A DNA stretch of 64,000 nt from Deltaproteobacteria bacterium (GCA_016875395.1 VGRF01000004.1:138215-202214), one strand, 5' to 3'; counted from the stretch's first letter, positions 8,608-17,251 are shown. Notes: generated from the sequence alone by a model not told the origin. Translations and numbers: made by a program.

Positions 8608-9579
8608 ATGCCCATCTCGCTCAAAGGCAGGAGCCTCCTCACGCTGCGCGACTTCAGCGCCGACGAGATCGCGCTGATGGTCGACACCGCCGCCGATCTG
8701 AAGGCCGCGCGCCGCGCGGGCATCTTCCCGAAGCGCCTCGCGAACAAGAACGTCGCGCTGATCTTCCTGAAGCCCTCGGCGCGCACGCGCGCCTCGTTCG
8801 CCGTCGCCGCGGCCGATGAGGGCGCGAACCTCGAGGTGCTGCCGCCCGCCGACATCCGCTTCGGCGAGAAGGAGTCGGTGAAGGACATCGCGCGCGTCCT
8901 CGGCCGCCTGTTCGACGGCATCGTTTTCCGCGGCTTCCAGCACGCGCTCGTGCGGGAGCTCTCGCTTCACGCAGGCATCCCGGTGTGGAACGCGCTGTGC
9001 GACACGTACCACCCGACGCAGGTGCTCGCGGACCTGCTCACGTTGCGCGAGAACGTGGGGCACATCCGCGGCACGAAGCTCTGCTACGTGGGCGATGGCC
9101 GTAACAACGTCGTGACTTCGCTGATGGTCGGCGCCGCGAAGATGGGCGTCGATCTGCGCGTGCTCGCGCCGCGCGCGCTCCACCCGAACCCCGAGCTCGT
9201 GAAGCAGCTGTTCGCGGAGGCATCGGTGGGCGCGGAGATCACGATCACGGAGGATCCGCACGAAGCGCTGAGCGAGTGCGACGCCGTCTACAACGACGTG
9301 TGGGTCTCGATGGGCGAGGAACATCTCGTCGCCGAGCGCGCCGCGCTGCTGCGCGAGTTCCGCGTGACGCGCAAGCTGATGTCGCTCACCGGCCGCGCCG
9401 ACACGATCTACCTGCACTGCCTGCCCGCGCTGCACGACGACTCCACCGAGTTCGGCCGCGCGCACCCCGAGCTGCGCGAGGTCGACGACGACGTGTTCGA
9501 GCACCCGCGCAGCCGCGTGTTCGATCAGGCGGAGAATCGGATGCATACCGCGAAGGCTGTGATGGTGCTGACCTTGTAG
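8608..9579 (+). CDS. argF: Ornithine carbamoyltransferase (OTC family)
   Basis: HPTQ, DVWVSMG, HCLPALHD and VFDQAENRMHTAKAVMVLTL are OTC hallmarks. The carbamoyl-phosphate motif reads SARTR instead of the canonical STRTR. RBS GAAGGAG is present. Confidence 0.85.
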   Translation: MPISLKGRSLLTLRDFSADEIALMVDTAADLKAARRAGIFPKRLANKNVALIFLKPSARTRASFAVAAADEGANLEVLPPADIRFGEKESVKDIARVLGRLFDGIVFRGFQHALVRELSLHAGIPVWNALCDTYHPTQVLADLLTLRENVGHIRGTKLCYVGDGRNNVVTSLMVGAAKMGVDLRVLAPRALHPNPELVKQLFAEASVGAEITITEDPHEALSECDAVYNDVWVSMGEEHLVAERAALLREFRVTRKLMSLTGRADTIYLHCLPALHDDSTEFGRAHPELREVDDDVFEHPRSRVFDQAENRMHTAKAVMVLTL

Positions 9580-9584
9580 GTGGG

Positions 9585-9753
9585 GAGGTGTGCCTACGGC
9601 CTTCGAGGGGCACGTTTTCCTTGTTTACTTCGCAGCGGGCTCGAAGACTCGCCCGCTGCTGCGCGCTTCGCTTGCGGCCTCGGCCGACTCACCTTGGTGT
9701 GGTCCTCGTCATCGAGGTCGTTCCGGCTGTCTCGCGGCGCGGCAATGCATCGA
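9585..9753 (+). repeat. Intergenic structured repeat family S, copy A (directly after the argF stop, sense orientation)
   Basis: Shares these blocks with the reverse complement of 28847..29030: GAGGTGTG, TT(T/C)ACTTCGC, a 9-bp-stem hairpin (9632..9659), the 29-nt block TGCGCGCTTCGCTTGCGGCCTCGGCCGAC (9660..9688), CGAGGTCG(T/A)TCCGGC and TGCATCGA. Confidence 0.8.
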
Positions 9754-9817
9754 GCTTGGTCGGGCATTGTCTTGGTTTGTTAGGTAGAGATCGGTTGCGC
9801 GCGTCGGGAGCTTTCGG

Positions 9818-10225
9818 ATGGCGATCGTGAAGTGGGTGCTGGGGATCGTGGGCGGGGTTGGGGTGGCGCTGGGGGCGCTTTACTTCGCGATGGCGGAGCG
9901 CGTGGAGGTGGTGTTGCTGCATCACCATGGGGACGGGGGTGAGCAGACGGTGCGGCTGTGGGTGGTGGATGACGCCGGCTCGGCCTGGCTGCGCACCGGA
10001 GCGAGCAACGCGACTTGGCTGCCGCGGGTGCGCTCGCATCCGGAGATCGAGCTCGAGCGCGGCGGCGAGGAACGCGCGTACACGGCGGTCGTGATCGACG
10101 ACGCGGAGACGGTCGCGCGCGTCAACCAGCTCTCGCTCGAGAAGTACGGCTGGAGCGAGGAGTTGTTACGGGGCGCCGGCACGGCGCCGACCGGACAGGT
10201 CGCGATTCGGCTGGACCCCCGCTAG
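9818..10225 (+). CDS. Hypothetical membrane-anchored protein (possibly PNPOx/DUF385-like fold)
   Basis: N-terminal TM helix WVLGIVGGVGVALGALYF. The soluble part has WLPRVRSHPEIELERGGEE, reminiscent of DUF385-type proteins. The family assignment is tentative. Confidence 0.6.
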   Translation: MAIVKWVLGIVGGVGVALGALYFAMAERVEVVLLHHHGDGGEQTVRLWVVDDAGSAWLRTGASNATWLPRVRSHPEIELERGGEERAYTAVVIDDAETVARVNQLSLEKYGWSEELLRGAGTAPTGQVAIRLDPR

Positions 10226-11301
10226 CCAGGCGGCCTCGCGTCGCGTAGCGCGGTAGCGCACTCGCCGACGAGGCCCGGGCCGCGGTAGATCATCCCCGAG
10301 TAGATCTCGACGAGCTGCGCGCCCGCGGCGCTGAGCGCGAGCGCGTCGGCGCCGCTCATCACGCCGCCGACGCCGATGCGCAGCTGCTCGGGATGCGCGA
10401 GCTCGCGGAGTGCGCGCATCCCGGCGAGGGCGTGGTCGCGCAGCGGCGCGCCCGACACGCCGCCGGGCGCGTCGGGCCTTGCGTGCGGGGACTTCGCGAG
10501 CGCGAGACCGATGCTGGTGTTGACCGCGACGAAGCCGTCGCACACGTCGGGCCGTGCGAGGGGCTTCACGAGCGCGGCGAGCGTGTCGGGGCTCCACGCG
10601 GCGCGCTCGGGCGTCTCGGGCGGGAGCTTCACGAGCAGCGGGGTCGGCTCGCGCCCGTGCTCGCGCGCGAGCGCAGCGAGGCGCGCGCGCGTCGGCGCGA
10701 CGAGCTCTTGCGCGAAGCCGTCGCCGTAGAGCACGCCGCGTAGGCCGCTCGTGTTCGGCGACGAGAGGTTGATCACGAACAGCTGCGCGTGGCGATCGAG
10801 CGCCGTCACGAGCTCGCTCAGCTCTGCGCGCGCTCTCGCCGCGAAGCCGGGCTCGCTCGCGCCGCGCACGGTGAGCGGATGCGGCGCGATGTTGCACGCG
10901 ACGACCATCTCGCCGTGCTTCGCGCGCGCGAGGCGCGCGGCGACGCGCGCGAGGCCGTCGCTCGGGAAGCCGAGCCGGTTCCACACGCCCTGCTCCGCTT
11001 CGAGGCGCGCCAGGCGCGGGCGCAGCGGATTGCCGGCCCAAGGCTGCGTGAGGATCGTGCCGATCTCGGCGAAGCCCGCGCCGATGCGCGCGAGGCCGGC
11101 GACGGCGACCGCGTTCTTGTCGAAGCCGGCGGCGACCCCCACGCGATTCGGGAAGGTGATGCCGCGCCACTGAAACGCGTCCGCGACGCGCGGCGCGGGG
11201 AACAAGCCCAGGCGCAGCCCGAGCAGCGCGAGTTGGTGGCCGCGGTCGGGCCCGAGCGGCCGTAACAACACGCGGTCCGCGAGCGAGTAGAGCGCGCTCA
11301 C
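10222..11301 (-). CDS. pyrD: Dihydroorotate dehydrogenase (quinone), class 2
   Basis: GVAAGFDKN, GFAEIGTILTQPWAGNP, NRLGFPSDG, NLSSPNTSGLRG and IGVGGV are present. GTG 11301 overlaps the stop of the upstream fusion gene (GTGA). Confidence 0.85.
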   Translation of the reverse strand: MSALYSLADRVLLRPLGPDRGHQLALLGLRLGLFPAPRVADAFQWRGITFPNRVGVAAGFDKNAVAVAGLARIGAGFAEIGTILTQPWAGNPLRPRLARLEAEQGVWNRLGFPSDGLARVAARLARAKHGEMVVACNIAPHPLTVRGASEPGFAARARAELSELVTALDRHAQLFVINLSSPNTSGLRGVLYGDGFAQELVAPTRARLAALAREHGREPTPLLVKLPPETPERAAWSPDTLAALVKPLARPDVCDGFVAVNTSIGLALAKSPHARPDAPGGVSGAPLRDHALAGMRALRELAHPEQLRIGVGGVMSGADALALSAAGAQLVEIYSGMIYRGPGLVGECATALRDARPPG

Positions 11302-14300
11302 GCGACGAGATCTCCGAGCTTGCGCAGCTCCGCCACCGCGCTCTCGGGCAGCACCGGCGGCGGCTTGCCCACGGCGTAACAACCGAGGATCACCTGCGCG
11401 CTGCGCTCGATGATCTCCGCCATGTCCGCCGCGCGGCGCAGCGAGCGCCCGGCGACGAGCAGGCCGTGGTTCACGAGCAGCACCGCCCAGCTCGCGCGCA
11501 TCGCCTCACGAACCGCGTCTGCGAGCGCTTCGGTACCGGGCATGATGAAGGGCACGCGCGGCAGCTCGCCGAAGAACGCGGCCTCTGTCGAGATCGGCAG
11601 GAACGGCAGGCCCGTGTTCGCGAGAATCGTCGCGTTCGGCGCGTGCGCGTGAATCACCGCCTGCGCCTCCGGCTTCGCTGCGTAGACCGCGCAGTGCATC
11701 AGCCGCTCGCTCGACGGCGACGCCGCGTTCTCGTCGCGTACGCGGCCGTCGACGCCGATGCGCACCATCGCCTCGGCGCGCAGATCTCCCTTGAACAGCG
11801 CGCTCGGCGTGATCCACAGCTCGTCCGCGCCGGCCCGCGCACTCACGTTGCCGCCGGTCGCGGTGATGAGGGCCTGGCGGCAGAGCTCCTCGATCACGTG
11901 GACCATCTGCACCCGCACGTCGCTCGCTTCGGGCTTTGCAATCGCAGGAGAGCCCGCGCTCTCTCCGAGCGACGCGAGGGCTGACAAGTCGCCTGCCGAG
12001 TCGCGGGCCGCCGCCCAGAGGCGCTGCAGCTCGGGCTGCACTTGCTGCAGCGTCATCGCCTTGCCGGCGTCGCCGGCGAACGCGATGCCGCCCGACATCG
12101 CCTCCTGCATCGCGTTCACGCGGCCCGTCAGCATTCCGTCGAAGATCGCCGCGCGCATGCGCAGGTTCACTTCGGGCGCGGGCTCCGCGTCACCGAGCGC
12201 TGCGCTCGCGCGCCCGCCGCGCAGCGCGATGAAGAAGCGCAGCGCGGCGTCGGGCAGCGAGAACTGCAGCGCGACGTCCTTGCCCGCTGCCGCGGCCTGA
12301 AACGCGGCATCGCCAGCCACGCTCGCCGCGAAGCGATCCAGCGCACCGCGCAAACGCGCGACGACTTCTGCGCTCGCGCCGTCGGGGGCTACGGGCGGCG
12401 CCGTCGGCGCCGGCTTCTTCGCGGGTGGCTTCTTGTCGCGCTGCAGATCCGTCACCGCGGGCTGCGGTCGCGCGAGCAGCTCCGAGCGCAGAGCTGCGCT
12501 CGGCTCCGCGCGCGGCGCCGCGAGGGTCACGCGCTCCCACACGCTCGCGTCCGCGAGGTGCCGCGGGCGCTCACCGCGCACGAGCCGAGCGAGGTCGTCG
12601 CTCACGATCTGGCCCTGATGGATCGCCACCTCGAACGTGTTCCCGCCGACGTGCGGCGTCGCGATCACGTTCGCGAGCGCGAGCAGCGGGTGATCGGCGC
12701 CGGGCGGCTCCACGCTGAACACGTCGAGCGCGGCGCCCGCGAGCTGGCCGCTCGTGAGCGCCTGCGCGAGTGCATCCTCGTCCACGAGCGCCGCGCGTGC
12801 GGTGTTCACGAGACACGCGCCGCGCTTCATCCGTGCGAGCTGCTCCGCGCCGATCAGGCCCCGCGTCGCGTCGGTCGCGGGCGCGTGCAGGGAGACGAAG
12901 TCGCTCTCGGCGAGCACCTGCGCGAGCGGCGCGAGCTCCACGTTCGCGCGCACCGCCGCCTCCTCGGTAGCGACCGGGTCCGCTGCGAGTACGCGCACGC
13001 CAAAGCCCGCGAGGCGCTCGGCGACCTTGCGACCGACGGCGCCGAGGCCGACCAGGCCGATCGTCTTCCCCCACAGCTCGCGGCCGCGCAGTGTTCCGTA
13101 CGCGCGGCCCATCGCGCCGAGATCGCCCGCTTCGACCGCGGGGTCCCGCAAGAACTCGTTCGCGGTAGGAAGCTTGCGTGCGAGCGCGAGCAGGAAGGCG
13201 AGCGTGAGGTCCGCCACGGCGTCGGCGTTGCGCCCTGGCGCATGCAGCACCGGCACGCCGAGCGCGCTTGCGGCGACGACATCGACGTTCACCGCGTCGC
13301 CGCGACACGCCGCGACGACGCGCAACTGCGGCGCCGCGAGCAGCACGTGTGCGCTCACGAGATCGATCTCGGTCACGAGCACGTCGAAGCCGCTCAGCGC
13401 CCCCACGAGTGCGTCTCCTTGCAGCAAGCGCCCCTTCGCCCGGTAGCTCGCGTACTCGACCTCGCCGAGCCGGCGAAACGCCTCGAGCGCGCTCGGATCG
13501 ACTTCGGCGGTGATCAGGATGCGCGGGCGCCACGCCGGCTTCGCGGCAGCGCCGCTCTGCGCGAGCGCGCCGAGCATCCCCTGAATCGCGTGCCCCTGCG
13601 CGACCGAGTCGCCGGGCGCGCGTTTCGTACGCAGCTCGCGCCAGCGCGCGTAGCTCGCGGCGTACGCACTCGCGCGCTGCGCATCGGGCACGAAGGCGTC
13701 GTGCGGCGCGACCGCGCGCGCCCCATCGCGCGCGCCTCCGAAAGCGCCCGCAGCGACGCCCGCGCAGATCGCGGCGCCGAGCGCGCTCGCTTCCGGCGCG
13801 CCGCGTTCCACGGCGCCGCCGCTCACGTCCGAGACGATCTGCGCGAACAGTGCACTTCGCGCGACTCCACCGCCGAGCGCGAGCGCGCCTCGCGCGGGCG
13901 CGACTGCGCCCAGCGCCTCGAGGTTCGCGCGAACGGCGTACGCGATGCCTTCGACGACTGCGCGCAGCAGCCGCGCGCGGCCGCGCTCCGGCGCCCCTAA
14001 CAAGTGCGTGAGCGTGAGGTCGCCGAGGGGCAGCGCGAGCGCACGTGCGTCCGGAAGCTGCGCGCCGAACGTGGAGAACACGCCGGCGGCGCCGGCCTCC
14101 GCGAGCGCTGCCTCGGCGAGCGCACGCGCGGCGCCGCTGCGCGACTCCGGGAAGAGCGCGCGGCCGAGCCACTCGAGCGCCTCGCCTGCAGGCCCCGCGT
14201 TGCTCTCGGCCACCCATACGCCGGGGACGACGTGCGGGGCTCGCCAGACTCGGCCCTCCGAGTCGCTCGTTCCCGCCGCGATCACGCGCTGCAGCGGCAA

Positions 14301-15068
14301 GGTCGTGCCGCACACCGCGCCGGTCGCTCCAGGCTCGGTCACGCCGAGACCGAGCAGCGCGCACTGCGTGTCGGCGCCGCCCGCCGCGACCGCGATGCCG
14401 GGCGCGAGCCCGAACGCTGCCGCAGCCTCGGTGCCCAACAAGCCGAGCCGCGCGCCCGGAACGACGAGCTGCGGCAGCTGCGAGGCGCGCACGCCCGCCT
14501 GCTCGGCGAGGTCGAGCGCCCAGCTCCCGCTCGCGAGCTCGAGCAGGCCGCTCGCGCCCGCCTGCGAGAGATCGCTCGCGAGCTCGCCGCACAGGCGGAA
14601 CGCGAGCCAGTCGGAGAGCGCGAGCACGTGGGCGGTCTGCGCCCACAGCTCGGGCGCGCTCTCGCGCAGCGCGGCGAAGCGCACGAGCGGCAGCACCGGA
14701 ATCGGCCAGCTCCCTGTGCGCGCCTGCAGCGCCGCGCCGTGCCCGGCAGCGAGCGCGAGCGCCTTGCCGAGCCCGCGCGCATCGCGATTGCTGGCGCCGA
14801 GCAGCGCACGCCCATCCGCAGCGAGCAGCACGCTGCCGAAGCGCAGCGCGGTGCACGCAACGCCGACGACTCGCGCGCCGCTGCCGCACGCGGCGACGAC
14901 CTCGCCACTCGCGGCGGCGAGCGCCGCGAACGCGGCCTCGAGCTCGATCTCCGCACCGAGCGGCGCGGGCCACGGCTTCGCCACGACGCGCTGCTCGCCG
15001 GTCTCGGCGTTCAGCGCGAGCGCACGCGCGCTGCCGCCGCCGAGGTCGAGACCGAGCAGCCAGCTCAC
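11298..15068 (-). CDS. Four-domain fusion: FGGY carbohydrate kinase + D-2-hydroxyacid dehydrogenase + SCP2-like + class II aldolase/adducin domain
   Basis: A single 1256-aa ORF. Residues 1-500 are FGGY (LGLDLGGGSAR...). Residues ~515-840 are 2-HADH (GKTIGLVGLGAVGRKVA, NTARAALVDE, TPHVGG). A Lys/Pro linker follows. Residues ~895-1010 are SCP2-like. Residues ~1045-1256 are class II aldolase (GGNVSAR, IHAHAPNAT, LVNHGLLV). Confidence 0.8.
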   Translation of the reverse strand: MSWLLGLDLGGGSARALALNAETGEQRVVAKPWPAPLGAEIELEAAFAALAAASGEVVAACGSGARVVGVACTALRFGSVLLAADGRALLGASNRDARGLGKALALAAGHGAALQARTGSWPIPVLPLVRFAALRESAPELWAQTAHVLALSDWLAFRLCGELASDLSQAGASGLLELASGSWALDLAEQAGVRASQLPQLVVPGARLGLLGTEAAAAFGLAPGIAVAAGGADTQCALLGLGVTEPGATGAVCGTTLPLQRVIAAGTSDSEGRVWRAPHVVPGVWVAESNAGPAGEALEWLGRALFPESRSGAARALAEAALAEAGAAGVFSTFGAQLPDARALALPLGDLTLTHLLGAPERGRARLLRAVVEGIAYAVRANLEALGAVAPARGALALGGGVARSALFAQIVSDVSGGAVERGAPEASALGAAICAGVAAGAFGGARDGARAVAPHDAFVPDAQRASAYAASYARWRELRTKRAPGDSVAQGHAIQGMLGALAQSGAAAKPAWRPRILITAEVDPSALEAFRRLGEVEYASYRAKGRLLQGDALVGALSGFDVLVTEIDLVSAHVLLAAPQLRVVAACRGDAVNVDVVAASALGVPVLHAPGRNADAVADLTLAFLLALARKLPTANEFLRDPAVEAGDLGAMGRAYGTLRGRELWGKTIGLVGLGAVGRKVAERLAGFGVRVLAADPVATEEAAVRANVELAPLAQVLAESDFVSLHAPATDATRGLIGAEQLARMKRGACLVNTARAALVDEDALAQALTSGQLAGAALDVFSVEPPGADHPLLALANVIATPHVGGNTFEVAIHQGQIVSDDLARLVRGERPRHLADASVWERVTLAAPRAEPSAALRSELLARPQPAVTDLQRDKKPPAKKPAPTAPPVAPDGASAEVVARLRGALDRFAASVAGDAAFQAAAAGKDVALQFSLPDAALRFFIALRGGRASAALGDAEPAPEVNLRMRAAIFDGMLTGRVNAMQEAMSGGIAFAGDAGKAMTLQQVQPELQRLWAAARDSAGDLSALASLGESAGSPAIAKPEASDVRVQMVHVIEELCRQALITATGGNVSARAGADELWITPSALFKGDLRAEAMVRIGVDGRVRDENAASPSSERLMHCAVYAAKPEAQAVIHAHAPNATILANTGLPFLPISTEAAFFGELPRVPFIMPGTEALADAVREAMRASWAVLLVNHGLLVAGRSLRRAADMAEIIERSAQVILGCYAVGKPPPVLPESAVAELRKLGDLVA

Positions 15069-15149
15069 GGCAAGCGAATCGCGGGGCGAGGTGCGCTCTT
15101 CGGAGCGCGGCGAGGGACGAGCCGCGCGGTGTCGTGCTCGCGCATGGCC

Positions 15150-16094
15150 CTAATACCCGCGCGCGCGATCGACCGCGGATGCGACCGGCTCGCCGCGCTC
15201 GAGGCACGCGACGTTGTCTGCGAACAGCGCGATCGAGGTCTCGAGCAAGTCGGGGAAGCCGCCCGCGACGTGCGGCGTGATCCACAAGTTCGGCGCGCTC
15301 CAGAGCGGATCGCCCGGTGGCAGCGGCTCCTCCGCGAACACGTCGAACACCGCGCCCGCGAGCCGCCCGCTCTCGAGCGCGGCGCGCAGCGCGGCCTCGT
15401 CCACGATGCCGCCGCGCGCGAGGTTCACGAGGTAGGCGCCGGGCCTCATCTGCGCGAACGCCGCGGCGTCGATCGAGCCTCGCGTTGCGTCGGTCAGCGG
15501 CGTCAGGATCACCACGACGTCGGCCTCGCCGAGCACGCGCGAAGTGCCGCTCGGCGGCTCGATGCGCGCCACCGCGGGGTGCGCCTTCGGCTCGCGTTGC
15601 GTGCCGATCACGCGCATGCCGAGCGCGTTCGCGCGCTCCGCGAGCGCGCAGCCGATCGCGCCGAGGCCGAGGATGCCGAGCGTCTTGCCCGCCGCGGTCT
15701 CGGGCAGGCGCCGCACCCACGTGCGCTGCTGCTGCGAGGCCACGAAGAACGGGAGTTGTTTCAGCAGCGCGAGGATCAGCGTGAGCGCGAACTCCGCCAT
15801 CGGCTCCGCCGACATGCCGCGCTGGTTCGCGATCACGACTTCGCTGCGCAGGCCGACGGGCGGCATCAGGTAGTCGACGCCCGCGCCGAAGGCCTGGATC
15901 AGGCGCAGCTTCTTCGCCTTCTCCCAATGACCGCGCGGCGGATGCAGCGTAAAGATGAACTCGGCGTCGCCGATGCCCGCGATGAACTCGGGGGCCTGAC
16001 TCCAGACGACCACCTCGCGCCCGGGGAACTGCTTCTCCAGCAGCGGGCGTACGGCTTGCGCGAAGGGGACGTACGCGTGGATCGGCGACGGCAT
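15150..16094 (-). CDS. D-isomer-specific 2-hydroxyacid dehydrogenase family (glyoxylate/hydroxypyruvate reductase-like)
   Basis: GKTLGILGLGAIGCALA NAD-binding motif, NLARGGIVDE and ITPHVAG. Confidence 0.85.
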   Translation of the reverse strand: MPSPIHAYVPFAQAVRPLLEKQFPGREVVVWSQAPEFIAGIGDAEFIFTLHPPRGHWEKAKKLRLIQAFGAGVDYLMPPVGLRSEVVIANQRGMSAEPMAEFALTLILALLKQLPFFVASQQQRTWVRRLPETAAGKTLGILGLGAIGCALAERANALGMRVIGTQREPKAHPAVARIEPPSGTSRVLGEADVVVILTPLTDATRGSIDAAAFAQMRPGAYLVNLARGGIVDEAALRAALESGRLAGAVFDVFAEEPLPPGDPLWSAPNLWITPHVAGGFPDLLETSIALFADNVACLERGEPVASAVDRARGY

Positions 16095-16134
16095 CGGCGC
16101 ATCTTAATGCGCCGCGCGGGCCGGGCGCGCGTCG

Positions 16135-16482
16135 TCATGGCGCGGCGTGCGCGAGCTCGTCGTGCAGCTTCGCGAGCTCGTCGTACTCGCTGGCGGCGGC
16201 GTTGAACTGCTCCACGAGCCGGCTGCAATGTCCCTTCAGCTGGGTGCGCGTGCCGAGCTTCCCGCCGCCATACGCGCGGCCCATCGACTCGTGGCGGCGC
16301 GCCTGCGCGCGCGCCTCCGCAGCCTTCGCCCGGAAGTGCTGCGCCACCGCTGCGTGCTCCGACGGCGAGTCCGCCATCTCGACCACGAGCGCCTCTAGCG
16401 AGGGCGCCTCCTCGGCGCGCACCCAAGCGGGCACCGCGGCGAGCCCTGCGAGTAACACGAACGCTGCAATCTTCTTCGCCAT
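16135..16482 (-). CDS. Small secreted helical protein, unknown function
   Basis: ATG 16482 is preceded by AAGGAG. Signal peptide MAKKIAAFVLLAGLAAVPAWVRA. 115 aa, lying directly downstream of hsp20. Confidence 0.6.
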   Translation of the reverse strand: MAKKIAAFVLLAGLAAVPAWVRAEEAPSLEALVVEMADSPSEHAAVAQHFRAKAAEARAQARRHESMGRAYGGGKLGTRTQLKGHCSRLVEQFNAAASEYDELAKLHDELAHAAP

Positions 16483-16499
16483 GCTCTCTCCTTCGAGGC

Positions 16500-16946
16500 T
16501 CACAGCTCCTGCACGGTCACGGTGCGCGCCTTGCGCACCTCCGCCTTCGCGATCGTCACGGTGAGCACGCCGTCCTTGAACGAAGCGTCGACGCGCTCCG
16601 CATAGGCATCGCTCGGCAACGTGAAGGTGCGCTCGAACGCGCCTAACTCGCGCTCGACCACGCGCCGCCGCTCGTCGCGCTCCTCGCGCTTCTTCTCGCC
16701 GCGAATGGTGAGCGCGCCGCTCGCGAGCTCGACGCTCACGTCCTCGCGCCGGACGCCGGGGATCTCGGCGCTCACGACGTAGCGGGTGTCGTCCTCGCTG
16801 ACGTCGATCGCGGGGACCACACGCGAGCGCTCGCCGCCGCCCCAGAACGCGTCGAGAAAGTCGCGCGAGTAGACGCGCGGCAGGTTCTCGAAGAGCTCGC
16901 CGAAGAATGGGTCGCGGGAGATCAGCCTGCGTTCGCGGTTCGCCAC
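16500..16946 (-). CDS. Hsp20/alpha-crystallin family small heat-shock protein
   Basis: RDPFFGELF N-terminus and alpha-crystallin core AIDVSEDDTRYVVSAEIPGVRREDVSVEL...GVLTVTIAK. GTG 16946 has GGAGGA 8 nt upstream (alternative ATG 16964 lacks an SD). Confidence 0.85.
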   Translation of the reverse strand: MANRERRLISRDPFFGELFENLPRVYSRDFLDAFWGGGERSRVVPAIDVSEDDTRYVVSAEIPGVRREDVSVELASGALTIRGEKKREERDERRRVVERELGAFERTFTLPSDAYAERVDASFKDGVLTVTIAKAEVRKARTVTVQEL

Positions 16947-16986
16947 TGCGGGATTCCTCCGCATCTCGGGTGCCGCTCGCGTGGCG

Positions 16987-17003
16987 TTGCATCGCGCGTG
17001 CCG
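16987..17003 (-). promoter_or_regulatory. Putative sigma54 (-24/-12) promoter upstream of hsp20
   Basis: The minus strand reads cGGCACGcgcgaTGCAa, with exact GG-N10-GC spacing, about 40 nt upstream of the hsp20 GTG. Confidence 0.6.
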
Positions 17004-17118
17004 AGGCGCTGGCGAGCGCACGAATCGAGCGAGAGCACCGATGCTGTGGCGCAACGCCGCGACGGGGGCGCTCTGGTGCTGCGCGACCCGGGGACGTCGG
17101 CAAGCAGACATCGATCCA

Positions 17119-17191
17119 GGGACGTTCCGCAAGTAAAGCAAGCAGAGTTCCGCGGGCCGGAACGCAACTTCACTGTCTTGCGGAACGTCCC
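17119..17191. promoter_or_regulatory. Nested palindrome; candidate enhancer (UAS) for the sigma54 activator and/or terminator of the regulator-USP operon
   Basis: GGGACGTTCCGCAAG (17119..17133) is perfectly inverted at 17177..17191. The central palindrome is GTTCCG-cgggc-CGGAAC (17147..17163). Both spacers are 13 nt. The centre lies about 150 bp upstream of the -24 element. Confidence 0.55.
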
Positions 17192-17251
17192 CGCGCTCGG
17201 ATCCCCGAGCTCGCGTGCCGATGCGCGCGCCGCTCCCGCGCTCGCGGCGTC

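Noticed and set aside
9580-9783. Small ORFs across the S repeats that share the peptide AARFACGLGR (9580..9783 plus, and the N-terminus of 27004..29034 minus)
   Set aside because: Only the 29-nt identical DNA block gives the shared peptide. The flanking residues are unrelated. The adjacent hairpin shows compensatory base changes that alter the peptide. A structural nucleic-acid element explains the data better.
16962-16975. Second GG-N10-GC match (cGGCACccgagaTGC) next to hsp20
   Set aside because: It overlaps the ATG at 16964 and the SD used by the preferred GTG start. The upstream site at 16987..17003 has a better -24/-12 match and sensible spacing.
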